DNA of 64,000 nucleotides from Haliotis rufescens (Eukaryota): positions 10,602,001 to 10,666,000 of the forward strand of contig NW_025963868.1 in the NCBI RefSeq assembly GCF_023055435.1, in the 5' to 3' direction. Shown in pieces: positions 62,475 through 64,000 of the stretch. Position numbers and translations under genes: made by a program. Below the pieces are notes generated by a model. That model saw only the letters and a program-made list of their open reading frames with translations. It ran no database searches and was not told the origin of the DNA. Each line of letters opens with the position of its first letter. Within the stretch, counting starts at the first letter, position 1.

Positions 62475-63795
62475 AACTCAAAACTTATCATCCCCAAGTT
62501 TATGAAGTTTAATCACGCAATATTTGTAATTCCCAAGTGTACGAATTTTTATGACGCAAAACTTACCATCCGCAAATGTGCCAAGTTTTAATTTTACAAA
62601 ACTTATCTTCCTCAAGTGTACAAAGTTTTATTCTGCCAAACGTACCATTTTCAAGTGTCCTAAGTATTAATATGCAAAACTTACCATCCCCAATTATATG
62701 GAGGTTTATTTCGCAAACTTACAATTCCCAAGTATGCGAAGTTTTATTACGCAAAACTTAACGTCTTCAAATGTACTAAGTTTTGTTACACACAACTTAC
62801 CATTTTCAAGTGTATTAAGTTTTATTACCCAAAACTTTCCATCCCCAAGTGTATGAAGTTTTATTGCGAAAAACTTACCATTTTTAAGTGTACGAAAATT
62901 TGTTATGCAAAACTTACCATCCCCAATTGTATGAATCTTTTTACGCAAACTTACAATTCCCACGTGTACGAAGTTTTATGACGCAAAACTGACCACCCCC
63001 AAATGTACTGAGTTTTATCATTCAATATTTATAATCCCTAAGTGTACTAAGGTTTATTACGCAAAACTTACCATGCCCAAGTGAAATAACTTTTATTTAT
63101 GACACAAAACTTACAATCATCAAGTGTACACAGTTTTATAACACAAAACTTATAATCCCCAAGTGTACAAAGTTTTATTTCACAAAACTGACCATCCCCA
63201 AGTGTACGAAGTTTGAACACGCAATATTTATCATCCCAAAGTGTACAAAGTTTTATGACGCAAAAGTTACCATCCCCAAGTGTACAAAGTTTTATTTTGC
63301 AAAATTTACCATTTTCAATTGTATGAAGGTTTATTATGCAAACTTACAATTCCCAAGTGTACGAAGTTTTTAATGCCAAACTTACCATCCGCAAGTGAAC
63401 GAAGTTTTATTACGCAAAACTTACCATCCCCAATTGTACGAAGTTATAATGCGCGAAACTTGCCACACCAAAATTCACGAATTTCAAATGGCGGCAGTTT
63501 GTGTCACGAATAACCACCCATACCGAATTGTTGGCAGTTTTTATTGTCAGAATAGCATCCGAGAATTATGGCAGATTCACGGAAATCTTAAAATCACAAA
63601 CAGCGTTCATCATGAACTTAACATCCCTAAGTGTTGTCGACGTTTTATAATGGAACGCTAAATATATCCAAATGTTCGCAGAATTGATGACGAAAACTTA
63701 CAGTCTTCAAATATGGTAAGTTTTTGTCATGAAAACATACCATTCTAAATTGTTTGCAGTTTTTTTTATAGCAAACAAATTACAATCCCCAAATG
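62475..63795. repeat. 39-bp minisatellite (~26 good copies to ~63490, degenerate beyond)
   Basis: Unit TTTTATTACGCAAAACTTACCATCCCCAAGTGTACGAAG; 13-aa periodicity in overlapping ORFs. Confidence 0.92.
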
Positions 63796-63800
63796 CTGGT

Positions 63801-63979
63801 AGAGTAAAGTACTGTTATAACGAACTCAAAGGGACTACTAATTTTAGTTCGTTATAACCGTAGTTCGTTATAAGCATATATACAGCATAACTACAGCAAA
63901 TAGTCGGGACCAAAAAAGTAAGTTCGTTATATCCGTCAGTTCGTTATAAGCGTGTTCGTTATAACCGTAGTTTATTGTA
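63801..63979. mobile_element. pogo/Tigger-like MITE
   Basis: Reverse-complement homolog of 22131-22304. Confidence 0.75.
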
Positions 63980-64000
63980 GTTTGTATTTTGAAATGAAAG

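Noticed and set aside
62576-63513. 13-aa repeat protein
   Set aside because: Artefact of the 39-bp minisatellite; frames are broken by frequent stops and indels.

Overview
AT-rich, repeat-dense eukaryotic (metazoan) DNA. The SINE, MITE and gene content suggest a mollusc, probably a gastropod, but this is inference. Three host genes were reconstructed by hand, all on the minus strand: (1) a 3-exon secreted PAN/apple + WSC protein (16930->10556) that the ORF track only partly shows; (2) an 826-aa type-II membrane copper amine oxidase with an intronless CDS (25390->22910); (3) a 10-exon, ~612-aa ionotropic (iGluR/IR-type) receptor (62185->43469), with degenerate paralogous exons downstream. The rest is mostly mobile DNA: a recently disabled EnSpm/CACTA element, at least 8 Tc1 relics, 2 mariner relics, CR1/L2-type LINE relics, a Crypton-type relic, HINE-like and pogo-like MITEs, four SINE-like families sharing one 3' tail, and 34-, 37-, 39- and 60-bp minisatellites. 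The main find is a 4.0-kb element (54512-58538) with AGTAGT...ACTACT inverted termini and a flanking 5-bp TGTTG repeat. It carries densely packed, intronless, decayed Polinton/adintovirus-like genes (penton-like, membrane protein) but no polymerase or integrase. It sits at the FQQDN catalytic motif of a Tc1 transposon inside an intron of the receptor gene. A second lead is a SINE-like family with no tRNA head and a pseudoknotted 5' end, a candidate ribozyme. Family assignments come from motif recognition by eye; no database searches were run.
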